Counted from the first letter of the stretch, positions 26,769 through 37,569 are shown. The stretch is DNA of 43,396 nt from an uncultured Candidatus Poseidoniales archaeon (GCA_964389655.1 CAYMED010000019.1:1-43396), one strand, 5' to 3'. The notes: a model not told the origin generated them from the sequence alone. Translations and numbers: made by a program.

Positions 26769-29700
26769 ATGCGCCAGTGTCTACTCGTTCTCTTCGCACT
26801 GCTCCTTTCAACATCCTATTTTTCCCTAAATAGACAAGTTTCTGAGCAAGAACAAACGCATAGCAATACGCTTGACCCGATTTTTGAAGCAGCAGTCAGT
26901 GGAAGAGCCGTATCCCCGTCTTGGATTGCCCATGTGGGGGGGATTGGGGGAGATGAAGCACATTCTCTCCGAATTGGGTCAAATGGCGATGTGTATGTTA
27001 CAGGCCGCGTTTGTACAAGTGCCGGTACTTGCTCTGCCATATTCGGAAACAAGACTATTTTTGCAGGAAACGATGTTTTCGTTGCTCGCATGACTCCTGA
27101 TGGCGCATGGAAATGGGTTACAACAACAGAATCCCAAGATAGCAATTCCCAAATTCATGTAGAAGACCTTGAAATTTTGAGTGATGGTTCTGCAGTTATT
27201 GGTGGATATCTTCAGTATGACTACAAATTCGGAAATGCAGCTAGTTGGGGACCGTACAGTAATCCAAGCCGATGGGATGGCTTCGTTGCTCGCATCTCAG
27301 CCAATGGTGTTTGGAATCAATCGATTTCCATTGGTGAATATCACTACGATTATGTGAGGGACCTTGCTGTAGATTCAAATGATAGGGTCATCGTTACTGG
27401 AACTTCGTATTATTCCGATGATGGTGGATTACGCATAAATTTCCAGCAAAAATTCAACAACAAATGTGACTATTGGATCAATAGTGCGTATGTTGTTGTG
27501 CTCAATTCAGATCTTGACTATATTTGGGGAAAACCCATTGCAGCTCATAGCACAGGGGGTGGTTGGAATAGTTGCCATGAAACTCAAGGGTATGGGGTGG
27601 CTGTAGATTCCTTTAACGATATTTTCCTCACCGGATATTTTGGATATCAAATTGATTTGAGCCCAGTATCCAATATATCTTCAGGGAGTTGGGATACATA
27701 TGTGGCAAAATCAACCCAGTTTGGAACTTGGCAATGGGTCTCACACGCAGGGGGCCTCCAGGATGATTATGGGTATTCTGTTGATATTGATGGAAATGGA
27801 TCTGCAATTGTAACTGGTCGTGATGGAGCCCATTCAAGTTATGGTACCCGAATTATTCTACCAAATAGTGGCCCTTTTGTTGCAAAAATATCGACAAATG
27901 GGACATGGATTTGGGGAATGCGCCCCTCTCGTTCATCGTACACACCAATCGAAGTTCACGTCGATACATTAGGGCGTATTCACTCTGTTGGGGGGGATAC
28001 AGCAACTCGTGTATTCCCAAATGGAAGTGAAGATTGGTCTGTAGGTCTTGTTTCTACGATTTCTGGAATTGACTCTGATGCAAATGGGACAGCATATTAC
28101 AGTGGCCATTTCAATGGAAACCCTTCTTTTGAAGGAAAAGTCCTGATAAGCAACGGGTCCAATGACCTATTTGTTTGGAAGCGAGATCCAGATTTAGATG
28201 GGGATGGGATCCCTGATCGAATTGATAATTGTCGATTGACACATAATCCCGTTCAAGATGATCACGATAGTGATGGAAGTGGGGATGCCTGCGATACCGA
28301 CGATGATGATGATTTAGTCTTCGATGTGGACGACCGCTGCCCCCTTGGCAAAACATCTTGGATATCTGCAAATTTAACTGACTGGGATGGGGATGGGTGC
28401 AATGATAATTCTGAAGATAATGACGATGATGATGATGGAATTCTAGATGATGATGATTCATGCAACCCCATGAGTTCAGTTGGGTGGTTTTCAGCTACTT
28501 GGAATGACCATGACCGTGATGGATGCCTAGATGTTGATGAAGATAGTGATGACGATGATGATGGAATTTCTGATCTTCTAGATTCGTGCCCTCTTGGTGT
28601 GATTTTTTGGGCATCAAACGCAACATCCGATCATGATGGTGATGGATGCAATGACGACTTAGAAGATGATGATGACGACAATGACCTCCTTTCAGATCTT
28701 GTCGATGCATGTCCAAAAGGAGACCTTTCATGGGCATCAACCCACCTCACAGACCACGATAGTGATGGTTGTCGAGATGACGGTGAAGATGGGGATGATG
28801 ATGGTGATGGTGCTGCTGACCAAGCGGATTCTTGTGCGCGTGGTATTGTCGGATGGACGCGCTGGATTATTGCTGACCATGACGGAGATGGATGCCGTGA
28901 TTTAGATGAAGACCCTGATGATGATAATGATCTAGTCACTGATTTATTCGATGCCTGCCCAACAGGGCGTACTGGATGGATTTCAACAAACCTGACGGAT
29001 CATGATGGGGATGGGTGTCGCGATTTTGATGAAGATCCCGATGACGACAACGACCTTGTTTCTGATGAAAATGACCGGTGCCCAAAAGGCGCAATTCAAT
29101 GGAGGTCTGGGCGCATGACTGACCGAGATGGGGATGGCTGTGAAGATGCAGGAGAAGATGTGGATGTAGATGGAGATGGAATCAATAACACAGTAGATGC
29201 GTGCCCTGAAGGGCATGCGGATTGGACATCATCTCCTGCCTTGGATCATGATGGGGATGGGTGTCATGACACCATTGAAGATGCTGATGACGACAATGAT
29301 GGAACACCAGATGTACAAGATACGTGCCCTTGGGGGGAGAGTGGATGCATTCCAACCGGGTCTGGGGGAAATGTAACAATTATTCATGAAGCAGAACAAA
29401 ATGACGGTCCATCTACAATTGTAAATTATTACAACAATTCTACAACCATAAACCAGGGTGACAATATCACAAATGAGGATAATTCAACCAATACGACGAG
29501 TCTGATTGTCACACCCATTGATAACACATCTGTTACAGGAAAAGATTTGGCATCTGATGGTGAAAGCGATTCTGGTCAATTGACCATGTGGGTTTGGATA
29601 GCCGGAGCAAGTATCGCATTTTTATTCCTCATGGGTCTTGTATTAGGTCGTCGCCGACCTGGAGAACCCGAATCTGATCTAGCTGCAGCAGCAGCAAAAA

Positions 29701-29909
29701 TGGCATCTCTCCCAGATCAGCAAGATGGAGGTTATTCAATGCCCAATCCTTCGATGGAAGCATCCACGATTCCACGGGGGACCGCTCCTCCCCCAGGTGC
29801 AAGAGGAACAATTGGATCGGATGGATTTGAGTGGTATGAACACCCACCAGGCTCTGGAACTCATTGGCACCGTCCTAATTCATCTGCCCCTTGGCAACCA
29901 TGGCAATAA
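26769..29909 (+). CDS. Surface protein with SBBP-like beta-propeller, about 41-aa TSP3-like repeats, TM anchor and Trp-rich C-terminal domain
   Basis: Signal peptide; GDVYVTG/DVFVAR/GxWxW propeller repeats; repeated CPxG...W...DHDGDGCxDxxEDxDDDND; [25 protein letters not shown]. Confidence 0.88.
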   Translation: MRQCLLVLFALLLSTSYFSLNRQVSEQEQTHSNTLDPIFEAAVSGRAVSPSWIAHVGGIGGDEAHSLRIGSNGDVYVTGRVCTSAGTCSAIFGNKTIFAGNDVFVARMTPDGAWKWVTTTESQDSNSQIHVEDLEILSDGSAVIGGYLQYDYKFGNAASWGPYSNPSRWDGFVARISANGVWNQSISIGEYHYDYVRDLAVDSNDRVIVTGTSYYSDDGGLRINFQQKFNNKCDYWINSAYVVVLNSDLDYIWGKPIAAHSTGGGWNSCHETQGYGVAVDSFNDIFLTGYFGYQIDLSPVSNISSGSWDTYVAKSTQFGTWQWVSHAGGLQDDYGYSVDIDGNGSAIVTGRDGAHSSYGTRIILPNSGPFVAKISTNGTWIWGMRPSRSSYTPIEVHVDTLGRIHSVGGDTATRVFPNGSEDWSVGLVSTISGIDSDANGTAYYSGHFNGNPSFEGKVLISNGSNDLFVWKRDPDLDGDGIPDRIDNCRLTHNPVQDDHDSDGSGDACDTDDDDDLVFDVDDRCPLGKTSWISANLTDWDGDGCNDNSEDNDDDDDGILDDDDSCNPMSSVGWFSATWNDHDRDGCLDVDEDSDDDDDGISDLLDSCPLGVIFWASNATSDHDGDGCNDDLEDDDDDNDLLSDLVDACPKGDLSWASTHLTDHDSDGCRDDGEDGDDDGDGAADQADSCARGIVGWTRWIIADHDGDGCRDLDEDPDDDNDLVTDLFDACPTGRTGWISTNLTDHDGDGCRDFDEDPDDDNDLVSDENDRCPKGAIQWRSGRMTDRDGDGCEDAGEDVDVDGDGINNTVDACPEGHADWTSSPALDHDGDGCHDTIEDADDDNDGTPDVQDTCPWGESGCIPTGSGGNVTIIHEAEQNDGPSTIVNYYNNSTTINQGDNITNEDNSTNTTSLIVTPIDNTSVTGKDLASDGESDSGQLTMWVWIAGASIAFLFLMGLVLGRRRPGEPESDLAAAAAKMASLPDQQDGGYSMPNPSMEASTIPRGTAPPPGARGTIGSDGFEWYEHPPGSGTHWHRPNSSAPWQPWQ

Positions 29910-29948
29910 CCGGATAGACTTGAAATTTGACAACCCGTCCCCAAGTGC

Positions 29949-31346
29949 ATGGGCGTGCAGAAGTTGCGATTTGGAGCGCCCATATCGATTCTAATTTTCA
30001 TTCTTTTTGGATCCATGCCCATTATGGCTCAACAGCCAGACATTGTTCAGGAACATTGGTACCATTCTTATCTGACACTGACTTCTGATGTACAATCATG
30101 GGCTGCAGATCATCCTGATATCGTTATATTGACCGTTGCTGGACAAACCGAACTCGGTAGGAATCTCTGGGTTCTTCAAATATCTGATTGGGCTCAAAAT
30201 ACCAAACCAGATGGTACACAGAAAGAGGTTGTTTACATCGATGGTGGGCACCATGGAAATGAGCACCTTGGAACTGAATTAGCATTCTTAACCGCTGAAT
30301 ATTACATAGGGGGCTGGGCGGCTGGAGATCAGGAAATCATTGATGTCCTCACTACAACTGAATTACATATTCTCATCATGTTGAATGCAGATGGTAATGA
30401 CATTGACACACGCTGGAATATCAATCAAGTGGATTTGAATCGAAATTACAACCATTACTGGAATACCTGCGAGACAACCCAGCCAGGTAGTGGTGCATTC
30501 AGTGAATCTGAAACCCTTGCGAATTCGATTTACATGAATACGGTTGTGCCTGATGCTGACCTCTATGTTACAATGCATACTGGAGTTTGGATTATGCTCT
30601 ATCCATGGGGCAAATGGCCCGACCAACCTTCAGATTGGGAGTTATTCCACGGGATTAGGGATGAAGTTCACGCAAATATCTCAGATATTCCAATTCAAAA
30701 TGCAAATCAGGGTTTGTATCCAAATTGTGGAACCAGTAGAGATTATGGCTATGGTGTGATGGGGTTCCCCACATTTACGTTTGAAACGGATGACGAACAA
30801 TGGGCACTAGGAACCATTGACCCATTATCAAACCGACTTGGCGAAGAATTGGATGTGATGCGATACCTTATTTCAAATGTCTGGTTTTGGCGGGCCCGCC
30901 TAGACGTCTCCACTTTGGAGATTCACCTTGACGAGATTCACCTTTTGGTTGAGAATTTAGGTCGTGCCAGTACTCGTAATGCCTCATTACACTATGTCGA
31001 TGAGGCAGGAGAGGTGCTTTGGCATTCAAGTAACTTCAGCGTTAATGCCAGTAATTCCACCGCTGAGATATTCCCTATTGGAAACCTTAGTTTGGAGACC
31101 GGAGGTTTTTGGGAATTACATTATCAGAAAAGAGTCATTGATTCATCTCGGTGGGTTCATGAAACGATCAATGTTTCTAAGATTACAATCACGCCGTTGT
31201 CTGAAGAAGGATGGCTCCCCATGCCAGGCCTTGCACCCGTTATTCTTGGTACATCTCTTGCAGCATTATCGAAGAGAAAAAGAGAACTTAGAGTGTTGAA
31301 GGGCCCCCATATTCAAGAGGGGGAAGCATGGTCAGATTTCCTCTAA
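29949..31346 (+). CDS. Secreted M14 zinc carboxypeptidase with C-terminal anchor
   Basis: IDGGHHGNE (HxxE), NADG, VDLNRNY, FSESET, TMHTG, GTSRDY, FTFE; signal peptide; LPMPG plus hydrophobic and basic tail. Confidence 0.93.
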   Translation: MGVQKLRFGAPISILIFILFGSMPIMAQQPDIVQEHWYHSYLTLTSDVQSWAADHPDIVILTVAGQTELGRNLWVLQISDWAQNTKPDGTQKEVVYIDGGHHGNEHLGTELAFLTAEYYIGGWAAGDQEIIDVLTTTELHILIMLNADGNDIDTRWNINQVDLNRNYNHYWNTCETTQPGSGAFSESETLANSIYMNTVVPDADLYVTMHTGVWIMLYPWGKWPDQPSDWELFHGIRDEVHANISDIPIQNANQGLYPNCGTSRDYGYGVMGFPTFTFETDDEQWALGTIDPLSNRLGEELDVMRYLISNVWFWRARLDVSTLEIHLDEIHLLVENLGRASTRNASLHYVDEAGEVLWHSSNFSVNASNSTAEIFPIGNLSLETGGFWELHYQKRVIDSSRWVHETINVSKITITPLSEEGWLPMPGLAPVILGTSLAALSKRKRELRVLKGPHIQEGEAWSDFL

Positions 31347-32790
31347 GTGCGGGTCCTGTGACTAATGTTCCTACAATTCCTAATTCACCCGCCGGGTTAT
31401 GGGAAAGGGCAATCCATGGGCGGCCATCCACATCGATTACAATATCGATGAAATCACCAAATCCACCACATCTCTTGTTTCCACAATCGTCATCTGTATC
31501 AAGAGGATCATCAGGAGAATTTACCGCAGTTGTGGTGATCAATGGCCGGTCGGCAAATGCATCAGTCATGATGGACATGTACCCATTCCAGCCCGCCGTA
31601 CCCGCTCCTTTCCCAATATATCCAATGACAACCCGACCCTCTGCCCCAGCAGCAATCGTAGGGAACCCACTGCCATTGATACCTGGGGGCGCTACCATCA
31701 TTGGATCGGACCATGTATCTCCTTGGTCGCGTGAATACGCATACCAAATCATTTCATCCATTCCAATCCATGCAGCATAGAGATTACCAGAATCATCTGT
31801 TGCAGTCGCAACTTCATGGTCATGCCATCCATCGACCATTTGGATCGTTGTAGTAATGGTATGCTCCGTCCAAGTATATCCTCCATCTACACTACGATAC
31901 ACAGCCGGACCATCACAAGATGGATTTCCACGATAAACGGCTCCATCAGGCGAACCAATTACATGTCCATGCAAGCCTGAACATTGAAAGACGCCGATTG
32001 GATATCCCGGTCTCTGAATGTCCCATGTAAGACCTCCATTGAGGCTTCGGCTGCATTGGGGTCCTGCAGCAGAGTTACCCGTATTAATACAGAATACATA
32101 GATGGTCTCATGGAATGCAGTAACTCCATCAGGAACGACCGTTGATGCAATCGATTGGTGATCTTGAGGTGAATAATATCCTTCAGCAGAATAAGGGATA
32201 CTCCATGAATCACCTTCATCATCAGAATATTCAACAAACATTGCAGTGAGAGCGTGCATATCGAATTTGATGATGCGGTCAGTCCAAGGATCGACATAGA
32301 GATATGGGTCATTGCTGCTTGGGACTTGGCCAGTACTTGGGAATATTGGATTGAAGGGTCCGATATCCTCCCACGTTTGCCCTAGATCTTGGCTGCGAAT
32401 GATGTGGGTGCCATCTCCAGTTCCTCGATAATTTGTGATCACAAGTGTGCCTGAGCTTGTTACTCCAATTGTAGGTTCAAATGTCGTAAAACCAATTCCA
32501 TAATAGGTTGATTCTGCCCAGAATGGTGTGTTGTTATCGGTTAAGTTTGTATGGTTTGACGTGTCAGAAACTGCATCTTTTCCATCAACCCAGTGATAGT
32601 ATGTCGTATTGCCAATAGATTGTGAAAAATCAAAAATCCCGGGTGGTGGTGGCGGCGGCAAAGGATCTTCCCCAAAGCATCCCGAAAAAGATGGGGCCAC
32701 GAACGCTATAATTAGGGCAAAAACCAGTTTTGAAGGGCTTGACTCCCCTCCATGGCTTCTGATCACAGCCGCCGCGCGGCCTTCTAACAT
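31288..32790 (-). CDS. BNR/Asp-box repeat (sialidase-fold) putative lipoprotein
   Basis: Asp boxes SQDLGQTW, SDDEGDSW, SLNGGLTW, SVDGGYTW, SRDQGDTW; lipobox FSGC followed by a poly-Pro linker. Confidence 0.87.
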   Translation of the reverse strand: MLEGRAAAVIRSHGGESSPSKLVFALIIAFVAPSFSGCFGEDPLPPPPPPGIFDFSQSIGNTTYYHWVDGKDAVSDTSNHTNLTDNNTPFWAESTYYGIGFTTFEPTIGVTSSGTLVITNYRGTGDGTHIIRSQDLGQTWEDIGPFNPIFPSTGQVPSSNDPYLYVDPWTDRIIKFDMHALTAMFVEYSDDEGDSWSIPYSAEGYYSPQDHQSIASTVVPDGVTAFHETIYVFCINTGNSAAGPQCSRSLNGGLTWDIQRPGYPIGVFQCSGLHGHVIGSPDGAVYRGNPSCDGPAVYRSVDGGYTWTEHTITTTIQMVDGWHDHEVATATDDSGNLYAAWIGMDEMIWYAYSRDQGDTWSDPMMVAPPGINGSGFPTIAAGAEGRVVIGYIGKGAGTAGWNGYMSIMTDAFADRPLITTTAVNSPDDPLDTDDDCGNKRCGGFGDFIDIVIDVDGRPWIALSHNPAGELGIVGTLVTGPALRGNLTMLPPLEYGGPSTL

Positions 32791-32895
32791 TCAACCATTG
32801 GGTCGCGAAGTTGGCAATTTTCTGTACCACGGCGATCGTGATTTTCTACTCCTACCGAGGTCTAATAGAAGTCATGAATATGCGGCCTCGTGTCG

Positions 32896-33105
32896 ATGCC
32901 CTCTGCAGAGGCCCATTCTCCCCGCCGCTTCGCATTTGCCTTGGCATCTACAATCATTCTAGTGTCCCTCTTAGGGGCCGCACAAGCAGGAAGCGGACAC
33001 AATCCAATTCCCTCCGATTGGATGGAACCCGGAAGGGTGCTTTTTGAGAATCACACAAACACGATCAACAGATCAAAATCAGATGAAAGGGAATTTAATG
33101 AATAA
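32896..33105 (+). CDS. Short ORF with signal-peptide-like N-terminus (small exported protein or truncated gene)
   Basis: RRFAFALASTIILVSLLGAAQA resembles a signal peptide with AxA site; stop overlaps the next ATG. Confidence 0.4.
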   Translation: MPSAEAHSPRRFAFALASTIILVSLLGAAQAGSGHNPIPSDWMEPGRVLFENHTNTINRSKSDEREFNE

Positions 33106-34222
33106 ATGGGACCCGAATCGGTCGAGAGCAAAGCACATCGATGCTTTGCGAGGTCTTGCAGTCTTAGCAATGGTCCAAGTACATACTGCAGCCATGTTGC
33201 CTGCACCAGTAGATATAACCCATATTCTTGCACTTTTGTCAGCAGCAATAGGTGGAATGGCTGCCCCGTTATTTGTCACTCTTTCAGGATGGGCCGTCCA
33301 TCGTGGTATTCGACGACGAATGGATGAGGGGATTCCAATTGCACGGTGGCTTTGGGTGCGTGTATTTGCCCTTTTCATTTTTCAATTTGCTATTAATTTG
33401 CTCCTCCCACAGCGCTTCAAATGGTATACACCTGGTGTTCTGAGCTTGTTGGCTCTGTGCACAATGATTGCCCCATACAGTTTGATGCGCGACCGACTTA
33501 TCCATTCGAGGTTGATCTGGTTACCTCCTGTGAGATCGAGAATCATTCGGGCAACGGTTGTTATTTTGATCCCTGCCTTCATCTTCTTTCTATTTCCATC
33601 TCTCACCCCTATTGATGACTGGTGGTGGTTTGTTGAAGCAACCACCTTGAAAGATTGGTTTTTGAGACTGTTCATCAATGGAACTTATCCTTTTTTTCCT
33701 TGGGTGGCGTATTTCTTGATTGGAGGAATTCTAGATCATAATGTGCTTAAAGAATCTGAACGCAGACCAGTTCTTCGACGTACTGGATGTTTTGCTTTTG
33801 TAGCACTTGCACTGACTGGAGTTCTTGCCATGGTGAATGGACAACCTTGGGCCATGCCGATTGGTGATGGTATTCTCACCTTTTTCCCAGCAAACCCATG
33901 GTTCGTTTTCGTATCTCTTGCGTGGGCTGTTTTTGTGTGGGATCTGTTCAGAGCACACTCTAGGCGCTTTTTCCCTTTTATGCGGGTCCTTGCCCCCGCA
34001 GGGCGTCTCTCATTGACCATCTATGTGTTACATTTCGCTTTGTTAGGGATGATGGCCGCATTTTTGCCGAAAGAAATGAGCATCACAAGTGCTTTTTTGA
34101 TTACATCCGCCCATGTCAGTTTGTGGATTATTATCGCAACCTTTCATCAAAAGAAGATTCCAAAAATATCAATCGAAAGGTTCATTCAGTTTTGTTCTGT
34201 TCGGAAAAAGTACCTTGAATAG
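33098..34222 (+). CDS. Membrane acyltransferase-like protein (DUF1624/HGSNAT catalytic-domain-like)
   Basis: IDALRGLAVLAMVQVH, AAPLFVTLSG, YPFFPWVAYFLIG, GRLSLTIYVLH; about 10 TM helices. Confidence 0.85.
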   Translation: MNKWDPNRSRAKHIDALRGLAVLAMVQVHTAAMLPAPVDITHILALLSAAIGGMAAPLFVTLSGWAVHRGIRRRMDEGIPIARWLWVRVFALFIFQFAINLLLPQRFKWYTPGVLSLLALCTMIAPYSLMRDRLIHSRLIWLPPVRSRIIRATVVILIPAFIFFLFPSLTPIDDWWWFVEATTLKDWFLRLFINGTYPFFPWVAYFLIGGILDHNVLKESERRPVLRRTGCFAFVALALTGVLAMVNGQPWAMPIGDGILTFFPANPWFVFVSLAWAVFVWDLFRAHSRRFFPFMRVLAPAGRLSLTIYVLHFALLGMMAAFLPKEMSITSAFLITSAHVSLWIIIATFHQKKIPKISIERFIQFCSVRKKYLE

Positions 34223-34458
34223 ACCATTTTGAGATCGTATGATCCACCATGCCACCGTTTGAATCAGGAATGTTTAGGCCATCATACCAAGCGCCGGGCC
34301 CGTTGACACGTTCATCCTCCGCAGTGCTGGTCGTCGGCCTCCTCTTTGTTCCCGCAGCGATGTTGGTTGGAACTACAGCCTCAAATGATGCGTGCGTGAT
34401 CGGTTCGGAGGCGATCTAAATCCCAATCATAGAACGTCTCTCAAAATTAAACGATCGC

Positions 34459-34908
34459 ATGATAGCGGTGAAGTGGACACCGAAAAAAATGTTGAAAGAA
34501 TTCATGAGGTTCAACATTGTCGGCACATTCAATACCAGCATTCGTTTTATTTTCTACGTTTTTTTCTACTGGGCGAATGTATGGGCGGCGCATCGTGCAG
34601 TAACAGCTTGGATATTATCTTCTATTTTTGGATTGGTACAGGCTCACTACATGCACCATCGATTCACCTTCAAATCAGGAGTTGAATATGCAACAAGTCT
34701 CAAATGGACAGCATTTTGTTTGGCTATCTATCTTGTAATCTCCACCATTCTCAATTATATTCTTGTAGAACGCGTCTTAATCAATCACTATATCGCCTGG
34801 GGGATCAACATTTGTTTGCTAAGTTTCGTAAGTTTTGCACTCATTCGATGGTTGGGATTTCCGCCAGAAAAAGATCTAGCATATCTCCAAACCTTAGGGG
34901 ATGAATGA
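34459..34908 (+). CDS. GtrA family membrane protein
   Basis: EFMRFNIVGTFNT, HHRFTFKS, four TM helices, about 150 aa. Confidence 0.85.
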   Translation: MIAVKWTPKKMLKEFMRFNIVGTFNTSIRFIFYVFFYWANVWAAHRAVTAWILSSIFGLVQAHYMHHRFTFKSGVEYATSLKWTAFCLAIYLVISTILNYILVERVLINHYIAWGINICLLSFVSFALIRWLGFPPEKDLAYLQTLGDE

Positions 34909-37569
34909 CTATTGTTCTTTTTGCATGGCGACAGTAGCACCTTCTGAACCAGCAACTGAGCGACCAGATGTGATGTTTGAGATGAAAGATGAGGGAGACG
35001 AGATTGTGGTCGTGTTGTTGTGAGTATGGATCTCAGAGATGATGGTATCGAACAGACCTCCTGGCACGTTTCCATCTGCTGTGACCACTGAAGACAACCA
35101 ATTCGTCGCATTGGTCGGCAGAGAGTTGCTATCCCAACTGTAGGTATTAGCAAGGATTGCATCTTGTGAACTGAAGTTGTAACTGATTGATGCATTGCCC
35201 AGATCGTGCCGCAATGCTGCCAGCAATTGGAGGTAAATGACATTAGTACCGGTGTTGGTCATATCGATGATTGTGCCTGCGGATGACGAACCCCACATCG
35301 TGATTGGGCTGAATGATGAGAGCAGGTCGGAGTAATCAAGATACATTAACAAAGTGACATTAATCGCAAACAGCGCCACGTCGTCGACGTAGAATATACT
35401 AAGATTACCATCGTATATTCTCCACTCGATCTTACTGGTCGAATTCCAACCCCAGTCCTCATTTTCGGTATCGTTGCCGAGGTCTTGGGAGGTGGAGACA
35501 GAGAGGTTTGCCATGCTCATTCCAAAGATGGCAAGGGTGGCGTTGACGTTGGGCATGTCTCGTAACTCGATGACAGGCGATCTGGAGCCGTTCGTCCAGA
35601 TATGGTCGGGCGTGACCTGATAGTAGTAGGCGTACATATTGCCGGGAACCCAGCTCAAGTGGTGCCCTTGCCCGACACCAATGATTGTGTAGTTCATTGT
35701 GAATGACCCGTTTCCTGAAGAGGACAACCAAGGGGTTGGGTCTGCAGCATTACCGATACCATCTCCATCGGTATCGAAGCACTCGGAGGAATTTACTGGT
35801 GCCCAATCAAGGGCATCCTCGCAACCATCCGAATCCGAATCGGCCGACAAAGGGTTAGTCCCGAGGCGGAATTCCGTGCTTTCATTGAGACCATCTCCAT
35901 CCGAATCAGCAGCGTATCCCACCATCAGGGTGTTGAAGTGCTGTAATTCCCAGGAATCGGGCATACCATCGAAATCTGAATCGTGCTGCCATCGTGAATC
36001 GTTCGGCCACACGTCTGAATTGTCACCTAGACCATCTCCATCGGAATCCACGCTCTCGCTGGCATCATACGGGAAGGTATCTGTTGCGTCATCCACTCCA
36101 TCACCGTCATCATCGGTGTCTGTATTATCACCGATTCCATCACTGTCGTAGTCGCTGTCCTCAGAAGCGTTCAGGGGGAAGGAATCGTTCGCGTCATCCA
36201 CTCCATCGTTGTCATCGTCCTGATCTGCATTGTCGCCCACCCCATCACCATCGAAGTCGATGGTCTCATTGGGGTCATTCGGGAACATATCGAGACTATC
36301 GGATAGACCATCTCCATCCGTATCAGCATCATAGGGGTTAGTGCCACCACTAAATTCTTGCAAGTTTGTTAATCCATCACCATCTGGGTCTGCATTTGCA
36401 TCCCCACTATTTAGTGGGTTAAAACCCCAAACAACTTCATAACCATCGGGTAAACCATCATTATCTGTATCATTAGAATTAGGATCTGTACCATTTAGAT
36501 ATTCTTCGAGATTTGTTAGGCCATCATCTGCATCACCTAAAGCTGCATCAGATGGATTAGAAGAATTTAATCCATTGCTTTCTTCCCAAGAATCTGGCAT
36601 TCCATCACCATCAAGATCACTCACTGGTTCAATGGCGCAGACATACTCCGATTTGTTGGTGATCACCGCATCGATGTGACTTTCTACACCTACTTCACGC
36701 GTGAAGGACGCTGTAGGGTGTGTGTTACCCACGATATTCTTGGCATTCAATCCGGAACTGGACTTAAATTGCCCGAGCGACAGATCGTTGGCATTTTCAA
36801 CATGCCAAGCGGTGACTGTATTGAACGGCCCCGATACCCAAGCCTGCCACACATTGCTCTTGTGTCCCTCGGACATCGAGCAGATCTGAGTCATCAGAAC
36901 GGGATTCTGCTCCGACATGGGTTCGGCTGTGAATCGAAGATGGAAGGGGGCAACATCATCTGGGTCCAAGTCGTTGATCACGTAGATGAAACGCACACTT
37001 CCATTGCCCCAAGCCTCAGGACTCGGCTCATTGATGATCACATTGCAGCCTCCATCCCATGTTTCGGTGGCATTGTTCCAAGAGACCTCACCCTCATAGT
37101 CAGCATCACAGGCACATGGAAGACCGGATGCCCCCTCAGGGCATTGCACAAGCGAGCAGGAACCTACCCACATCCCTGTCTCTGGATCCATCCCGAGCGA
37201 TCCCACATGACCCTCGAGGCATTCAACAATCGTTCCTGGGCCACCATCATCAGGCACACATGAACCGCTGACTGGACCATTTTCATCATATATCTCTACA
37301 TAATGACAACCTTCCATGTCATTGCATTCATTGAACAGATAGAGTGAACAATCCACAACGGTGTTGTTATCTGGATTGTTCGTTCCATTCTCAACAGTGT
37401 TATTCTGATCGGTCACATTTCCAACCGTATCATTCGTCGTTTGATTATCCCCTTGTATTTCACTTCCCGAAGGATTGGCAGTAGGATTTTGTGTTCCTGA
37501 CATGCATCCTGCAGATAGGCTTGATAATATCATCAATATTGAGGTCATGAAAACACGATGGGAATGCAT
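34909..37569 (-). CDS. Putative lipoprotein with Cys-rich segment and TSP3-like Ca-binding repeats
   Basis: Lipobox LSAGC (Cys22); Asn/Thr-rich linker; Cys-rich region; DxDGDGLTNLEE...GTDP and DxFPxD repeats. Confidence 0.85.
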   Translation of the reverse strand: MHSHRVFMTSILMILSSLSAGCMSGTQNPTANPSGSEIQGDNQTTNDTVGNVTDQNNTVENGTNNPDNNTVVDCSLYLFNECNDMEGCHYVEIYDENGPVSGSCVPDDGGPGTIVECLEGHVGSLGMDPETGMWVGSCSLVQCPEGASGLPCACDADYEGEVSWNNATETWDGGCNVIINEPSPEAWGNGSVRFIYVINDLDPDDVAPFHLRFTAEPMSEQNPVLMTQICSMSEGHKSNVWQAWVSGPFNTVTAWHVENANDLSLGQFKSSSGLNAKNIVGNTHPTASFTREVGVESHIDAVITNKSEYVCAIEPVSDLDGDGMPDSWEESNGLNSSNPSDAALGDADDGLTNLEEYLNGTDPNSNDTDNDGLPDGYEVVWGFNPLNSGDANADPDGDGLTNLQEFSGGTNPYDADTDGDGLSDSLDMFPNDPNETIDFDGDGVGDNADQDDDNDGVDDANDSFPLNASEDSDYDSDGIGDNTDTDDDGDGVDDATDTFPYDASESVDSDGDGLGDNSDVWPNDSRWQHDSDFDGMPDSWELQHFNTLMVGYAADSDGDGLNESTEFRLGTNPLSADSDSDGCEDALDWAPVNSSECFDTDGDGIGNAADPTPWLSSSGNGSFTMNYTIIGVGQGHHLSWVPGNMYAYYYQVTPDHIWTNGSRSPVIELRDMPNVNATLAIFGMSMANLSVSTSQDLGNDTENEDWGWNSTSKIEWRIYDGNLSIFYVDDVALFAINVTLLMYLDYSDLLSSFSPITMWGSSSAGTIIDMTNTGTNVIYLQLLAALRHDLGNASISYNFSSQDAILANTYSWDSNSLPTNATNWLSSVVTADGNVPGGLFDTIISEIHTHNNTTTISSPSSFISNITSGRSVAGSEGATVAMQKEQ

